Shown piece by piece: positions 38,752-48,511 of a DNA stretch of 64,000 nucleotides. Source of the stretch: Candidatus Bathyarchaeia archaeon (GTDB taxonomy: Archaea; Thermoproteota; Bathyarchaeia; Bathyarchaeales; DTEX01); NCBI GenBank assembly GCA_038817885.1, contig JAWAZE010000004.1, forward strand, positions 13,509 to 77,508, given 5' to 3'. Positions within the stretch are counted from its first letter, which is position 1; each line of letters starts with the position of its first letter. The position numbers were made by a program, and so were the translations under genes. The notes beneath the pieces were generated by a model, which saw only the letters and a program-made list of their open reading frames with translations, did no database searches and was not told the DNA's origin.

Positions 38752-39378
38752 TTGATATTATACGTTAAATGTTTAGTTAAGGTGAGGATACTTATCAGAC
38801 GTGTAATAGTTATCACCGGAACTCCGGGCGTTGGAAAATCCTCCATTTCAAAAATCCTCTCATTGAAAATCAATTCCATCATCATATCTTTAGGAGAACT
38901 TGTTAGAAAAGAAAAGCTTTACAGTGGGGTGGATGAAGGGAGAGATACACTGATAGCCGATTTAGAGAGGGTTTCTAAAAGAGTCCAGGAGATAATTTTG
39001 GGTTCTGACCGCGACGTGATCGTTGAGGGCCACTTCGCACCAGACGTTGTTCCCCCAGAATATGTCACGATGGCATTTGTTTTAAGAAGGAGCCCGGAGG
39101 AGCTTAAGCACATTCTTGAGAGCCGGCGCTACAATGAAAAGAAGATTGCTGAAAACCTCGCAGCCGAGATTCTGGATGTGTGCTTATATGAGACCGTGAA
39201 GAGGTTTGGCAGGGAGAAGGTATGTGAAATAGATGTGACCTCGAGAGATGCTGAGGACGCCGCCCAAGAGATCCTTGAGGTCTTAAGCGGGTTAAGGGAG
39301 CGTAGGGTTGGGATAGTAGATTGGCTTGGAAAATTGGAGGCAGAAAATAAGCTCGAAGAGTATTTGAAGGAATTCTAA
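38752..39378 (+). CDS. Adenylate kinase, AK6/Fap7 family (start probably slightly downstream)
   Basis: ITGTPGVGKS, IVEGH, KIAENLAAE, GIVDW. Confidence 0.88.
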   Translation: MILYVKCLVKVRILIRRVIVITGTPGVGKSSISKILSLKINSIIISLGELVRKEKLYSGVDEGRDTLIADLERVSKRVQEIILGSDRDVIVEGHFAPDVVPPEYVTMAFVLRRSPEELKHILESRRYNEKKIAENLAAEILDVCLYETVKRFGREKVCEIDVTSRDAEDAAQEILEVLSGLRERRVGIVDWLGKLEAENKLEEYLKEF

Positions 39379-39415
39379 ATGAGATCGAAATCTCATTTTT
39401 AAAGACTGCTGCAAC

Positions 39416-39766
39416 TTAGAAGGTTTTTATTCCTCTTAGAAGATCCGGCCTTGTTAGTAATCGTATCCCCTTGCGATTAGCGTATGCCTTTGCATGTTCG
39501 CTGAATTTCTCGGCTACTATAATTGGGTTTGTGAAACCCATGCTTTGCGCCAGTTTATCTATATTTATTATTATATTGACACCGACGGTCCTATTCCACT
39601 CCTTAATCCACACAGGATAGGTTTCGCTCCCCCTTCTCACTATAAGAGGAGATTTTTTGGGGGATGGAGATTCCTGATCAGATTCTCCAGTTTGACTTCT
39701 ATCTATAGTATAGCCTCTCCTCATAAAGTACTGTATAGCGAGCTTGGTTAGTGGTTGTCTGCTCAT
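39416..39766 (-). CDS. Stand-alone Mrr-like restriction-endonuclease-fold protein, probably inactive
   Basis: FMRRGY...WIKEWNRTVGV...IIVAEKFSEHAKAYANRKGIRLL Mrr_cat pattern. Confidence 0.7.
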   Translation of the reverse strand: MSRQPLTKLAIQYFMRRGYTIDRSQTGESDQESPSPKKSPLIVRRGSETYPVWIKEWNRTVGVNIIINIDKLAQSMGFTNPIIVAEKFSEHAKAYANRKGIRLLTRPDLLRGIKTF

Positions 39767-39809
39767 CTTTCCCACAAGAAGAGATGGATATAAGAGAAGA
39801 AAAATCTTT

Positions 39810-40892
39810 TTAACAAGTTGATGTGTTTTTGAGGATCTGCTCAAATATATTTTTTACACCTATCCACTGAACTATTATTCCTCCAGACATAATTTGAAGC
39901 CAAAATGTCGCGATACGTATTAAGAAGGTTGCTGCCCCGCTGAGCGCTGGCTCAAAGCCCAGCAGCACATATAGGTTTGACATGATTATTTCCATTAGGC
40001 CTGGGGCGACGATGGATATTGGAGCTGCCTGGAGGGCCATGCTTATTGAGTACACCACGATGGTTTCATAGAATCTAAAGATTATTTCAGAGAAGCCGAG
40101 CGCATAAAAGGTTAAGATAAAGACACTTAAATGGGAAAGCCATGCAAGAAAGCCATAAAGTACAGCTAATGTTAACGTCCACCGCCTACTACTGATATTC
40201 CTAAACTCGTTATAAAAATATTGTAAATTCATATAAACATTCTCCCTAATTTTTAGCAAATTTATTACACGTTTCCTAAATGTAAAGGAAATAAAGTTTA
40301 GAATTGCATTAATAATCTTCTCAGCAACACCCTTCCTCAGAGACGCAAATAGTAACAGCGCTATTACGGCGGCTGAGCCGAGCATCACTATTGATAGAGG
40401 ATATATTATGCCTGAGCCAACATCGTATCTTGTTATAAGGAAGATTGAAGAAACCATTAAGCTGCCCAGCGCTATGGATATCACTATTATACGGTGTGCG
40501 ACTATTGAGGCGATTATTTTTCCAGGTTGCTCGCCAGTCTCCCTTTGGACGAGATAGATCTTTGCCATTTCGCCAGACACTGTCTCAAATGGTATTATCG
40601 CATCCAAGAAGCCCCCTAACCAACAGTAGAGAAAAGCCTTCTTTAGTCCTATCTTTATCCCCATAGGCTTCATAAGCTTATTCCAGCTCATCGAATAAAA
40701 GAGCGTGCTTAGGAATACTGCTGCAAGGGCAGCAGTATAATATAGAAGATAATTGCATAGGTCGAGTTTTCCAAGAACGCCCATTATTTCGTTAACGCCG
40801 ACTGTAAAAAAGAGATATATTAGGAATACTGGTAGCCCGACGAGGACAAGGGCTAGAAATTTCGTGAGGGGAGATTTTCCCATTTTAATCAA
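39810..40892 (-). CDS. Lysylphosphatidylglycerol synthase TM / flippase-like membrane protein (UPF0104)
   Basis: Multi-TM; IIPFETVSGE, APGLME, LIRIATFW. Confidence 0.8.
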   Translation of the reverse strand: MIKMGKSPLTKFLALVLVGLPVFLIYLFFTVGVNEIMGVLGKLDLCNYLLYYTAALAAVFLSTLFYSMSWNKLMKPMGIKIGLKKAFLYCWLGGFLDAIIPFETVSGEMAKIYLVQRETGEQPGKIIASIVAHRIIVISIALGSLMVSSIFLITRYDVGSGIIYPLSIVMLGSAAVIALLLFASLRKGVAEKIINAILNFISFTFRKRVINLLKIRENVYMNLQYFYNEFRNISSRRWTLTLAVLYGFLAWLSHLSVFILTFYALGFSEIIFRFYETIVVYSISMALQAAPISIVAPGLMEIIMSNLYVLLGFEPALSGAATFLIRIATFWLQIMSGGIIVQWIGVKNIFEQILKNTSTC

Positions 40893-41009
40893 TTAGGGGT
40901 ATGCGTGCTGTCAATATATGCATTTCTGAAAAACTCTGCTGTCTTTATCTTTTGCATTCGCCTTTTTGTTCCATCCCTATATGTCTGCTAGGATATTGCA
41001 TATTCTCAT

Positions 41010-41690
41010 TCATATAGTATTTACTGCTTGTATGTATTTCTTTAAGGTTATTGTCCATCCGAAAATCTGACTAATATTCCAGAGAGTAGCCTTTTTCACA
41101 CCTTTTGGCCCTATAGCTTCACAGCAATCAGATATCACAATTGGCCAGAAATCTCTGAAAAATGCATCGCGTACCGTGGACTCCACACAAACATTTAAGG
41201 CGATCCCCACGAAGAAAAGATATTTTATGTTTTGACCTCTTAACATCTCTTCCAGTTTGGTATTGACGAAACCGCTATATCTCTGCTTATCAATGACGGG
41301 TTCTTCTGGGAGCGGTCTGACTTCTTCAATTATTTCAGCACCCCATGTCCCCCTAATTAATAGCCTATCTTTAAGATTCGGTTTTTCACGAAGGAGAATA
41401 AGGCTGTATTCTTTCCAATAGTTTGGGGATTCTGACCCACCTGAATCAGATAAGTCCTGAGAATAAACATGTCTTAAGTATATTATTTTTAGACCATGCT
41501 TCCTCGAATTATCCAGCACATTTTTAATTGGATTAATTATACGTCTAAGCCTTGATATATTGAAGCCAATTAAATCAAACATCCCACCGGGACTTAAGAA
41601 GGTATTTTGCATATCAACCACGATTACTGCAGATCTTGAAGGGTCTATATTTATAGATTCTGGCTCTGTGGGAAACCTTATGAGACTCAT
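41010..41690 (-). CDS. Isochorismatase-family cysteine hydrolase (RutB-like)
   Basis: VVDMQN, GTWGAEI, KQRYSGF, NVCVESTVRDA. Confidence 0.88.
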   Translation of the reverse strand: MSLIRFPTEPESINIDPSRSAVIVVDMQNTFLSPGGMFDLIGFNISRLRRIINPIKNVLDNSRKHGLKIIYLRHVYSQDLSDSGGSESPNYWKEYSLILLREKPNLKDRLLIRGTWGAEIIEEVRPLPEEPVIDKQRYSGFVNTKLEEMLRGQNIKYLFFVGIALNVCVESTVRDAFFRDFWPIVISDCCEAIGPKGVKKATLWNISQIFGWTITLKKYIQAVNTI

Positions 41691-41859
41691 ACCACATACT
41701 ATTTAGAAGAGGGCTATTAATTTTTTGTATTCAATCTTGATTCTCTTTCCACTTTCCGGATATTTTTCTGTCTTATTAGGGTTGAGTCACATTACAAGCG
41801 AAAAATTTGATAAGGGTTATATCTGCTTTATTTAATTAAATGTTGCTGGTCGCTCTGCA

Positions 41860-42528
41860 ATGCGGATAAAAGCTGTGATATCTGATTTAGACGATACGTT
41901 GATACACTCTGGAATAAATTATGGTGAGGTAAAATCCTCGATTATAAGATTCTTAGTTAAATCTGGCGTGGATGAGGGTCTCCTAAATGAGAGCATGTCA
42001 AACTTAGAGATCATTGATAGAGCGACAAAGTATCTAAGCGAAAAGAACTTTAGTGAAGCGAAGATTAAGGAAATAATTAACAGTGTTTATGCGATATTTA
42101 ATGAGGCTGAGCTGAGATCGCTGGGAAAAGCTAGGTTGATGGAAGGTTCCATAGAAACTTTGTCCATATTGAAGAGGTTGGGTCTTAAAATCGGTGTTAT
42201 AACAAATAGCTGCGGCGCATATTCCAGGAAAATACTCGAAATGTTCTCATTGAGTAGATACGTTGATGTCTTGGTTACTAGAGACGATGTCTCCCGCCAT
42301 AAACCAGACCCAGAGCACCTCCTGAAAGCCCTCGAATCACTCGCGGTGGGCGTTTCAGAGGCAGTACTTGTTGGGGATCACATTATAGACGCTTTATGCG
42401 CAAGGGAGGCCGGGGTAAAATTTATTTTACTTAGGAATGAAAAGGTGAATTTTCGGGATGCTGAGAAGAATGCGTTTGCCGTAATTGACAGCCTAAGCGC
42501 TTTGCCATCTTTAATCCAGCAACTCTAA
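41860..42528 (+). CDS. HAD-superfamily hydrolase (phosphoglycolate phosphatase-like)
   Basis: SDLDDTL, ITNS, KPDP, VGDHIID. Confidence 0.88.
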   Translation: MRIKAVISDLDDTLIHSGINYGEVKSSIIRFLVKSGVDEGLLNESMSNLEIIDRATKYLSEKNFSEAKIKEIINSVYAIFNEAELRSLGKARLMEGSIETLSILKRLGLKIGVITNSCGAYSRKILEMFSLSRYVDVLVTRDDVSRHKPDPEHLLKALESLAVGVSEAVLVGDHIIDALCAREAGVKFILLRNEKVNFRDAEKNAFAVIDSLSALPSLIQQL

Positions 42529-42599
42529 GAGATGTCTATTGCGAACCTTAAAGACATAAATTTTTCGCTTAATGCATTTTATTTGGGGTTAAATTTGTT

Positions 42600-44321
42600 A
42601 TGGAGTCTCTTATAGATGCGTCTTTAGGCTTATCGCCGCTTGATATTCTTGTTTCTGGGCAAGTCATTGACGTCTATCGTGGGGTCATCTTTGATGGGTT
42701 CGTTGGCGTTAAAGATGGGCTAATATCATATGTTGGCGCTAAGCCTAAGCCGTCTAGGAAAATAATTGATCTACGCCAAAACTATATTCTTCCAGCCTAT
42801 ATTGACGGGCATATTCATATAGAGAGTACGCTTATGAGGCCGAGCGCCCTCGCCAGAGCAATTATCCCAAGGGGCACATGCTGCATAATCGCCGACCCAC
42901 ATGAGATCGCTAATGTCTTGGGTTTAGAGGGAATAAAATTTATGATTGAGGACTCGGAGAAGACTCCCCTAAAAGTTTACTTTATGATACCATCATCAGT
43001 CCCGTCAACAAATCTTGAGGCTGCTGGAGCCAATATTGGCCTAGAAGAGATAAGGGTGCTTAAGGGCTTTAAGCGTATCCTAGGTTTAGGCGAAGTCATG
43101 AATTATCTTGGGGTAGTAAACAAGGATAAAAGTATTCTGGGTAAGATAATGGCTTGTAGCGGCATGATTATAGATGGACATGCGCCGGGCTTGAGGGGTG
43201 AGATGCTATGCGCATATATACTGGCTGGCATACGCTCCGACCATGAGGTGTTGGATGAGGAGGAGGCTGCTGAGAAGCTATCGCTTGGGATGTGGATTAT
43301 GATACGCGAGGGCTCAACCGCTAAGTCGATAGCGAGGCTTAAGGGAATTATCTCAAGGGGTTGCCCTGAAAGGGTTATGCTTGTGACCGATGATAGGCAT
43401 GCTGACGATATAGTTGAGGAGGGACATATAGATCATTGCCTAAGAAGGGCTGTTGGGGAGGGCGTGGATCCGATAGACGCCGTTAAAATGGTTACACTTA
43501 AACCATCAGAGTACTTTGGCCTCAAGGATCTTGGTGGGATATCTCCGGGAAAGTCCGCCGACATAGTGATCGTTGATAATCTAAGAAGCTTTAATGCTAT
43601 ACTAGTTATAATAGATGGAAAATTGGTCGCTAAGGATGGAAAATTGCTATGTGCTGAGGGTGTTAAAGAGCGGGAGACACAATTAGGCAGAGTTAGTATC
43701 GGAGACTTAAGGCTGGAAAATCTGGAGGTTAGACATCCAAAAATTAGGTGTGGGAAAGCCGTTGTGAGGGTTATAGGCTTAGTTGAGAATCAAATATTCA
43801 CCGAGGATGAGCGCTTTGAAATGGACGTTGTTGATGGAGTTGTTAAGTCGGACCCGAACAGGGATATACTTAAAGTCTGCGTTGTTGAGAGACATAGAGG
43901 TTCGGGTAGGGTTGGCTTAGGTTTTGTTAGGGGTTTCGGGCTTAAGAGTGGAGCAATATCCTCTACTGTGGCACATGATTCACATAATATTATTGTAGTT
44001 GGCGCGGATGACATGGACATGTATAGGGCTATTTTGAGGCTTAGGGAGATAAATGGCGGCTTCGTCATATCTAATGATGGGAGGGTTATTGCCGAGCTAC
44101 CGCTACCAATAGCTGGCCTGATGTCCAACCTGGATGCCGAGGAGATATCCATGAGAATTAAAGCGCTAAGGGAAGAGGCGAGAAAACTCGGCTGTAGGGT
44201 TAGGGATCCATTCATGGCATTATCATTTCTATCACTGCCAGTTGTGCCGAAACTTAAGATCACCGATTACGGGCTAATTGATTCAGAGAGGCAAGAGATT
44301 ATAAGCCTATTTGCCGACTAA
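42600..44321 (+). CDS. ade: Adenine deaminase
   Basis: DGHIHIES, ADPHEIANV, DGHAPG, SDHE, IREGS, AHDSHN, LPIAGLMS. Confidence 0.93.
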   Translation: MESLIDASLGLSPLDILVSGQVIDVYRGVIFDGFVGVKDGLISYVGAKPKPSRKIIDLRQNYILPAYIDGHIHIESTLMRPSALARAIIPRGTCCIIADPHEIANVLGLEGIKFMIEDSEKTPLKVYFMIPSSVPSTNLEAAGANIGLEEIRVLKGFKRILGLGEVMNYLGVVNKDKSILGKIMACSGMIIDGHAPGLRGEMLCAYILAGIRSDHEVLDEEEAAEKLSLGMWIMIREGSTAKSIARLKGIISRGCPERVMLVTDDRHADDIVEEGHIDHCLRRAVGEGVDPIDAVKMVTLKPSEYFGLKDLGGISPGKSADIVIVDNLRSFNAILVIIDGKLVAKDGKLLCAEGVKERETQLGRVSIGDLRLENLEVRHPKIRCGKAVVRVIGLVENQIFTEDERFEMDVVDGVVKSDPNRDILKVCVVERHRGSGRVGLGFVRGFGLKSGAISSTVAHDSHNIIVVGADDMDMYRAILRLREINGGFVISNDGRVIAELPLPIAGLMSNLDAEEISMRIKALREEARKLGCRVRDPFMALSFLSLPVVPKLKITDYGLIDSERQEIISLFAD

Positions 44322-44367
44322 AGGTATAAATTTTGATTTAGCATCTATCCCTCTTGAGGCATGCAAT

Positions 44368-45075
44368 TTGACCAGAGCCTTATATTTAGAGGATAGCTAT
44401 CTCAGGGAATGCGAGGCAACCGTCGTCAGGATGATCGATAGTAAAAAAATAATTTTGGATCAAACGATCTTCTATCCCGGTGGTGGCGGGCAGCCGCACG
44501 ATACTGGAAAGATAATCCGTGGCGGCGATGTCTTTAATGTCACCTTTGTTGCTAAGGTCGGTGATGAGATAGTTCATGATGTTGATAAGGAGGGATTAAT
44601 TGTCGGGGACCGTGTCCGCTGCGTGATCGACTGGGATAGGCGATACAAGTTTATGCGCAGCCACACGGCAGCCCACGTCTTCGCCTCACTAGTCTGCAAT
44701 GAGACTGGCGCCCTAGTTACTGGGAATCAGATTGAAGAGGATAAGGTTCGCTTCGACTTCAGCCTAGAACAATTTGATAGGGACGTGATCATGAAATGCG
44801 TTGAAAGGTCTAATGAGCTATTTAGGCGGGATATCCCCGTAATATGGTATGAGCTGCCGCGCGAAGAAGCTCTAAAGATCCCGGGGATCGTTAAGATGGC
44901 TAAAGTTCTCCCACCGGAGATACCTAGGCTGCGCATAGTTGAGGTCGTGGGCGTAGATAAGCAGGCTGATGGCGGAACGCATGTAAGGAGCCTTAGGGAA
45001 GTCGGCCAGATAAGGCTGCTAAAGATTGAGAGTAAGGGCAGGCTCCATAAGCGCATCTACTTCACAATAGAATGA
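44368..45075 (+). CDS. alaX: Alanyl-tRNA editing protein AlaX-M
   Basis: FYPGGGGQPHDTG, MRSHTAAH, DGGTHV; likely TTG start at 44368. Confidence 0.9.
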   Translation: MTRALYLEDSYLRECEATVVRMIDSKKIILDQTIFYPGGGGQPHDTGKIIRGGDVFNVTFVAKVGDEIVHDVDKEGLIVGDRVRCVIDWDRRYKFMRSHTAAHVFASLVCNETGALVTGNQIEEDKVRFDFSLEQFDRDVIMKCVERSNELFRRDIPVIWYELPREEALKIPGIVKMAKVLPPEIPRLRIVEVVGVDKQADGGTHVRSLREVGQIRLLKIESKGRLHKRIYFTIE

Positions 45076-45103
45076 GATCTATCGTAAAGACAGGTGCTGC
45101 TTA

Positions 45104-45682
45104 TTGCGTCTACATATCCATAAAAGGGCTTTCAGAGCGCTTGGGGTGTCGGAGAGCTTCATTAAGGGGTTAAGTGAGAAGTCCATTTTAGCCGGCGTGG
45201 TCTTGAGGAGTGATCGGATAATCGATGGGTTCACTTTTTCAAGGGCTACGGTCGGGGGGATGGATGCAACCGACTCCATCATAAACATGTATAGGGCTCT
45301 GGGGAGGGATGATATAAACATTTTAATGCTCAATGGATGCGTGATAAGCTGGTATAATGTAGTCGATCTTCAGAGGGTTCATGAGGAGACGGGACTTCCG
45401 CTAATATGCGTGACATATGAAGAGTCCCCCGGCTTAGAGAAGTACTTTATGGAGCTCTTTCCAGAAGACTATGAGAAGAGGGTGGAGATTTATAGAAAGA
45501 ATGGCCTTAGAACCCAGGTGAGACTCCATACTGGGTTTGATGTATACATAAGGTTTTACGGGATGAAGCTTGAGGAGGCGAAGGGCATACTGGACAAGTT
45601 TACGCTTCATGGCGCTGTTCCGGAGCCGCTGAGAATAGCAAGGCTATTAGCGAGGGGAATAATGAGGACGCTTCATCAATAA
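45104..45682 (+). CDS. DUF99 family protein (endonuclease V-like fold)
   Basis: RALGVSESF, TVGGMDAT, SWYNVVD, VPEPLRIAR. Confidence 0.85.
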   Translation: MRLHIHKRAFRALGVSESFIKGLSEKSILAGVVLRSDRIIDGFTFSRATVGGMDATDSIINMYRALGRDDINILMLNGCVISWYNVVDLQRVHEETGLPLICVTYEESPGLEKYFMELFPEDYEKRVEIYRKNGLRTQVRLHTGFDVYIRFYGMKLEEAKGILDKFTLHGAVPEPLRIARLLARGIMRTLHQ

Positions 45683-45780
45683 AAAGTCTAACTAATAATC
45701 TAATCTTTTAGAGATTAAACTAATTTTTGTTGGAAAAAGACTCGGCATTGCCTTTCCTTCCCTACTGGCCATAAGCCTTT

Positions 45781-46053
45781 TCAGCCTATTAACTTCACTT
45801 CTGTTCCAAGGGCTTGGCCAGGCAGCCCCCTTCTAAATCTGGCTCTAACCAGGCCCTTATTTCCATGCGGCGCAACTATAACGCCCACTATAATATTCTT
45901 CTTGCCATCCGACCATGAGACCCGCTTACCTATAAGCTGACCAGCATCAAACCTAGAGTTTATTCCCGGAAATTGCAGTATAACCTCCCTTGGATATTGC
46001 TCCCTTGGGCCGAGCCTATAGTTAACCACGACACCCTTCATGCCAAATGACAT
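45781..46053 (-). CDS. rpl35ae: 50S ribosomal protein L35Ae
   Basis: NYRLG, HGNKGLVRARFRRGLPGQALG. Confidence 0.9.
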   Translation of the reverse strand: MSFGMKGVVVNYRLGPREQYPREVILQFPGINSRFDAGQLIGKRVSWSDGKKNIIVGVIVAPHGNKGLVRARFRRGLPGQALGTEVKLIG

Positions 46054-46246
46054 GCAAACCACCTCAAAGCTTATCAAAGCTGTTTTTTCACTACAGTTCT
46101 GGCATTAATGGGGTTATCTCGGCACCCTCCACAGCTAAAGATCCAGCCCTCTATTGAGATTACTTGTAAAATTAGCGTGTAAATATATTTTACTCTTAAG
46201 CGACGTTTCGCACTCATGAACCTATAAAGCCTGTCTATAACCAGCC

Positions 46247-48487
46247 TTATCGCCAGTAATCTGTCAGTGATTGCTGTTCTTCTCCGCCGGCCTTCTCGGC
46301 CAGTTTCTTCCATTCCTCTTGGCTTATTGTCCCACCGACCTGCTCTTTAATTCTCTTCGCTATTTTAGGTCCTATATGCGGTAGAGACATTAGCCTCTCG
46401 ACCGACGCCTTCTTTAGATCCTCGATCGTCCTCAGACCAGCATTAAAAAGTATGCGGGCCCTGACCCTGCCGATTCCCTCAAGTCTCGCAAGCGGGAGCA
46501 GCTCCGCCTTAACGCCTTTCTCAACACGCTCCATGAGCTCGGCGAGCTTAGATAGTAGGTTCTTGTGACCAAAGATCTTTGCAAGCTCGTAGGAGGAGTA
46601 TAAAAGCCATCTAGCTGTCTCCGTTAGGTAGTATAGATCTCCGGGCTCGACGCCGAAGTACTCGATTATCTGGTCTTCGCTGTACTCTTCTATCCAGGCT
46701 TTTAAAACCATCGCCGTCTTAACCTCGCCAAGAAACTCCTCGAACTCTATTCTGTCGCCCCACTCGTCTGGGACCTCAAACATGAATTCATCTCTATGCT
46801 CATCGGCGAAGAGGACAATTCTGTCAACGTCCTCTGATGTAGGCCTAACCTTCGGAGACATATCGGGCGTGCGCGCTATCATGTGAAGTAGGCTTATATC
46901 AGTTATCTTTTTGGCCCCCCTCCTTAGGGCGTCACGGATAATTATGGCTGAGAGGGGGTCGATATATAACTGTGAGACCCTCGCCCCGAACTCCGTCGCC
47001 TTAAGGAAGCCGCCCTCCAACCTCACCATATCCTCGTCATGGAGGAACTTTATCACCCTACTTATTGTTCCCTTGATAGTATCAAGGTTATACTGGTATG
47101 CGTACAGTGTTTTTGCAAAGAAATCGTAGACTCCCTGTTCTGAGTAGGCGAAGCCGGAAGCTATAGATGCGAGGACATGGCTCCTTAAAACCTTCTCTAC
47201 GCCCAGCTTAGACCATATACGTTCAGGCTTAGCGAAGACATAACTTGTTGATAGATAATCCCGTTCATCCTCACTTCTTGCGATAAGTATAGCCTCCCCA
47301 ACATTATCATACTTAGGCCTCCCAGCCCTGCCAACCATCTGCTTGTATTCGAGAACCGTAATTGGGTAATAGCCGTACCCAGCTTCATAGCGCCTATAAT
47401 CGCTTATTATAACCATCCTAGCCGGGAGGTTTACGCCGAAAGCCAGGGTTGGTGTGGCAGTTAGAACCTTAATCTTGCCATCCCGGAATGAATCTTCAAT
47501 TATTTTTCTGTGGGCCCCAGATAAACCTGCGTGGTGAAAGGCCACCCCGCCCCTAACCAGCTCCGCTAATGCGTCACTAAGCCTTGTCCTCTCACCAGAA
47601 GCCTGAATTTCCTCAGCCAGACTCTCTATGGAGCGCTTAAGCGATTTAGGTATAAGCTGACTAACCTCTGAATAAGCCTTCCTCGCAACACTTACGGCGT
47701 TCTTCCTTGAGGACGCAAATATGAGCACCTGCCCACCCTGCTTAACGCAGCGGACAGCCAAGTTTATTACCGGATCCTTAACAACTCTATCGATCTTGAT
47801 GGAGCTACCATCCTTAAATTGAACCTCATTATCATATAGTATTCCCTCCCTAAGCTTAACTGGCCTCCAGTCGGTTGTTACTGGCTTAGCATTAAGCCAT
47901 TCGGCTATCTCATCCACATTTTTTATTGTTGCACTTAAAGCTAGTATCTGGATGCTCGGGTTTATTTGGGATACCCTCGCTAAAACAACCTCTAATGTCG
48001 GCCCCCTCTCAACATCATTAATTAAATGCACCTCATCCGCAATAATAAGCGACACATCACTTATCCATGGGGCCCTATGCCTAAGCAGCGAATCGCATTT
48101 CTCATTTGTAGTCACTATAATATCGTATTTTCCGAGCCACGGGTCACTACTATCATAGTCCCCAGTGCTTATACCAACACTTATATTCCTTCCATCCGGC
48201 TTGCGTATAACAGTATACTTCTTAAATACCTCATACTTCTCATTCGCGAGAGCTCTTAGCGGCGTCAAATATAAGACTTTCCCACGATTCTCTAAAATAT
48301 GCTTTAGGGCGCATAGCTCCGCAACCAGTGTTTTCCCAGAGGCTGTTGGGCTTGCTAGAACTAAGTTAACACCCCTAAGCGCCCCCGCCCTTATAGCTTC
48401 CTCCTGCGGTGGAAAAAGCTCCTTTATACCCTCCTCTAGGAGAATCCTCTTCACATCTGGGCATATTTCGAGCTCCTCTATAAGCAA
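46247..48487 (-). CDS. hel308: Ski2-like DNA helicase Hel308/Hjm
   Basis: PTASGKT, DEVH, LSAT, FHHAGL, QMVGRAGRP, GIGRVRAR. Confidence 0.93.
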   Translation of the reverse strand: MLIEELEICPDVKRILLEEGIKELFPPQEEAIRAGALRGVNLVLASPTASGKTLVAELCALKHILENRGKVLYLTPLRALANEKYEVFKKYTVIRKPDGRNISVGISTGDYDSSDPWLGKYDIIVTTNEKCDSLLRHRAPWISDVSLIIADEVHLINDVERGPTLEVVLARVSQINPSIQILALSATIKNVDEIAEWLNAKPVTTDWRPVKLREGILYDNEVQFKDGSSIKIDRVVKDPVINLAVRCVKQGGQVLIFASSRKNAVSVARKAYSEVSQLIPKSLKRSIESLAEEIQASGERTRLSDALAELVRGGVAFHHAGLSGAHRKIIEDSFRDGKIKVLTATPTLAFGVNLPARMVIISDYRRYEAGYGYYPITVLEYKQMVGRAGRPKYDNVGEAILIARSEDERDYLSTSYVFAKPERIWSKLGVEKVLRSHVLASIASGFAYSEQGVYDFFAKTLYAYQYNLDTIKGTISRVIKFLHDEDMVRLEGGFLKATEFGARVSQLYIDPLSAIIIRDALRRGAKKITDISLLHMIARTPDMSPKVRPTSEDVDRIVLFADEHRDEFMFEVPDEWGDRIEFEEFLGEVKTAMVLKAWIEEYSEDQIIEYFGVEPGDLYYLTETARWLLYSSYELAKIFGHKNLLSKLAELMERVEKGVKAELLPLARLEGIGRVRARILFNAGLRTIEDLKKASVERLMSLPHIGPKIAKRIKEQVGGTISQEEWKKLAEKAGGEEQQSLTDYWR

Positions 48488-48511
48488 GGCCGAAACTTTC
48501 TCCGGAAAAGC

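Noticed and set aside
46074..46313. 79-aa minus-strand ORF between hel308 and rpl35ae
   Set aside because: Overlaps the hel308 3' end and the probable rpl35ae promoter; no motif
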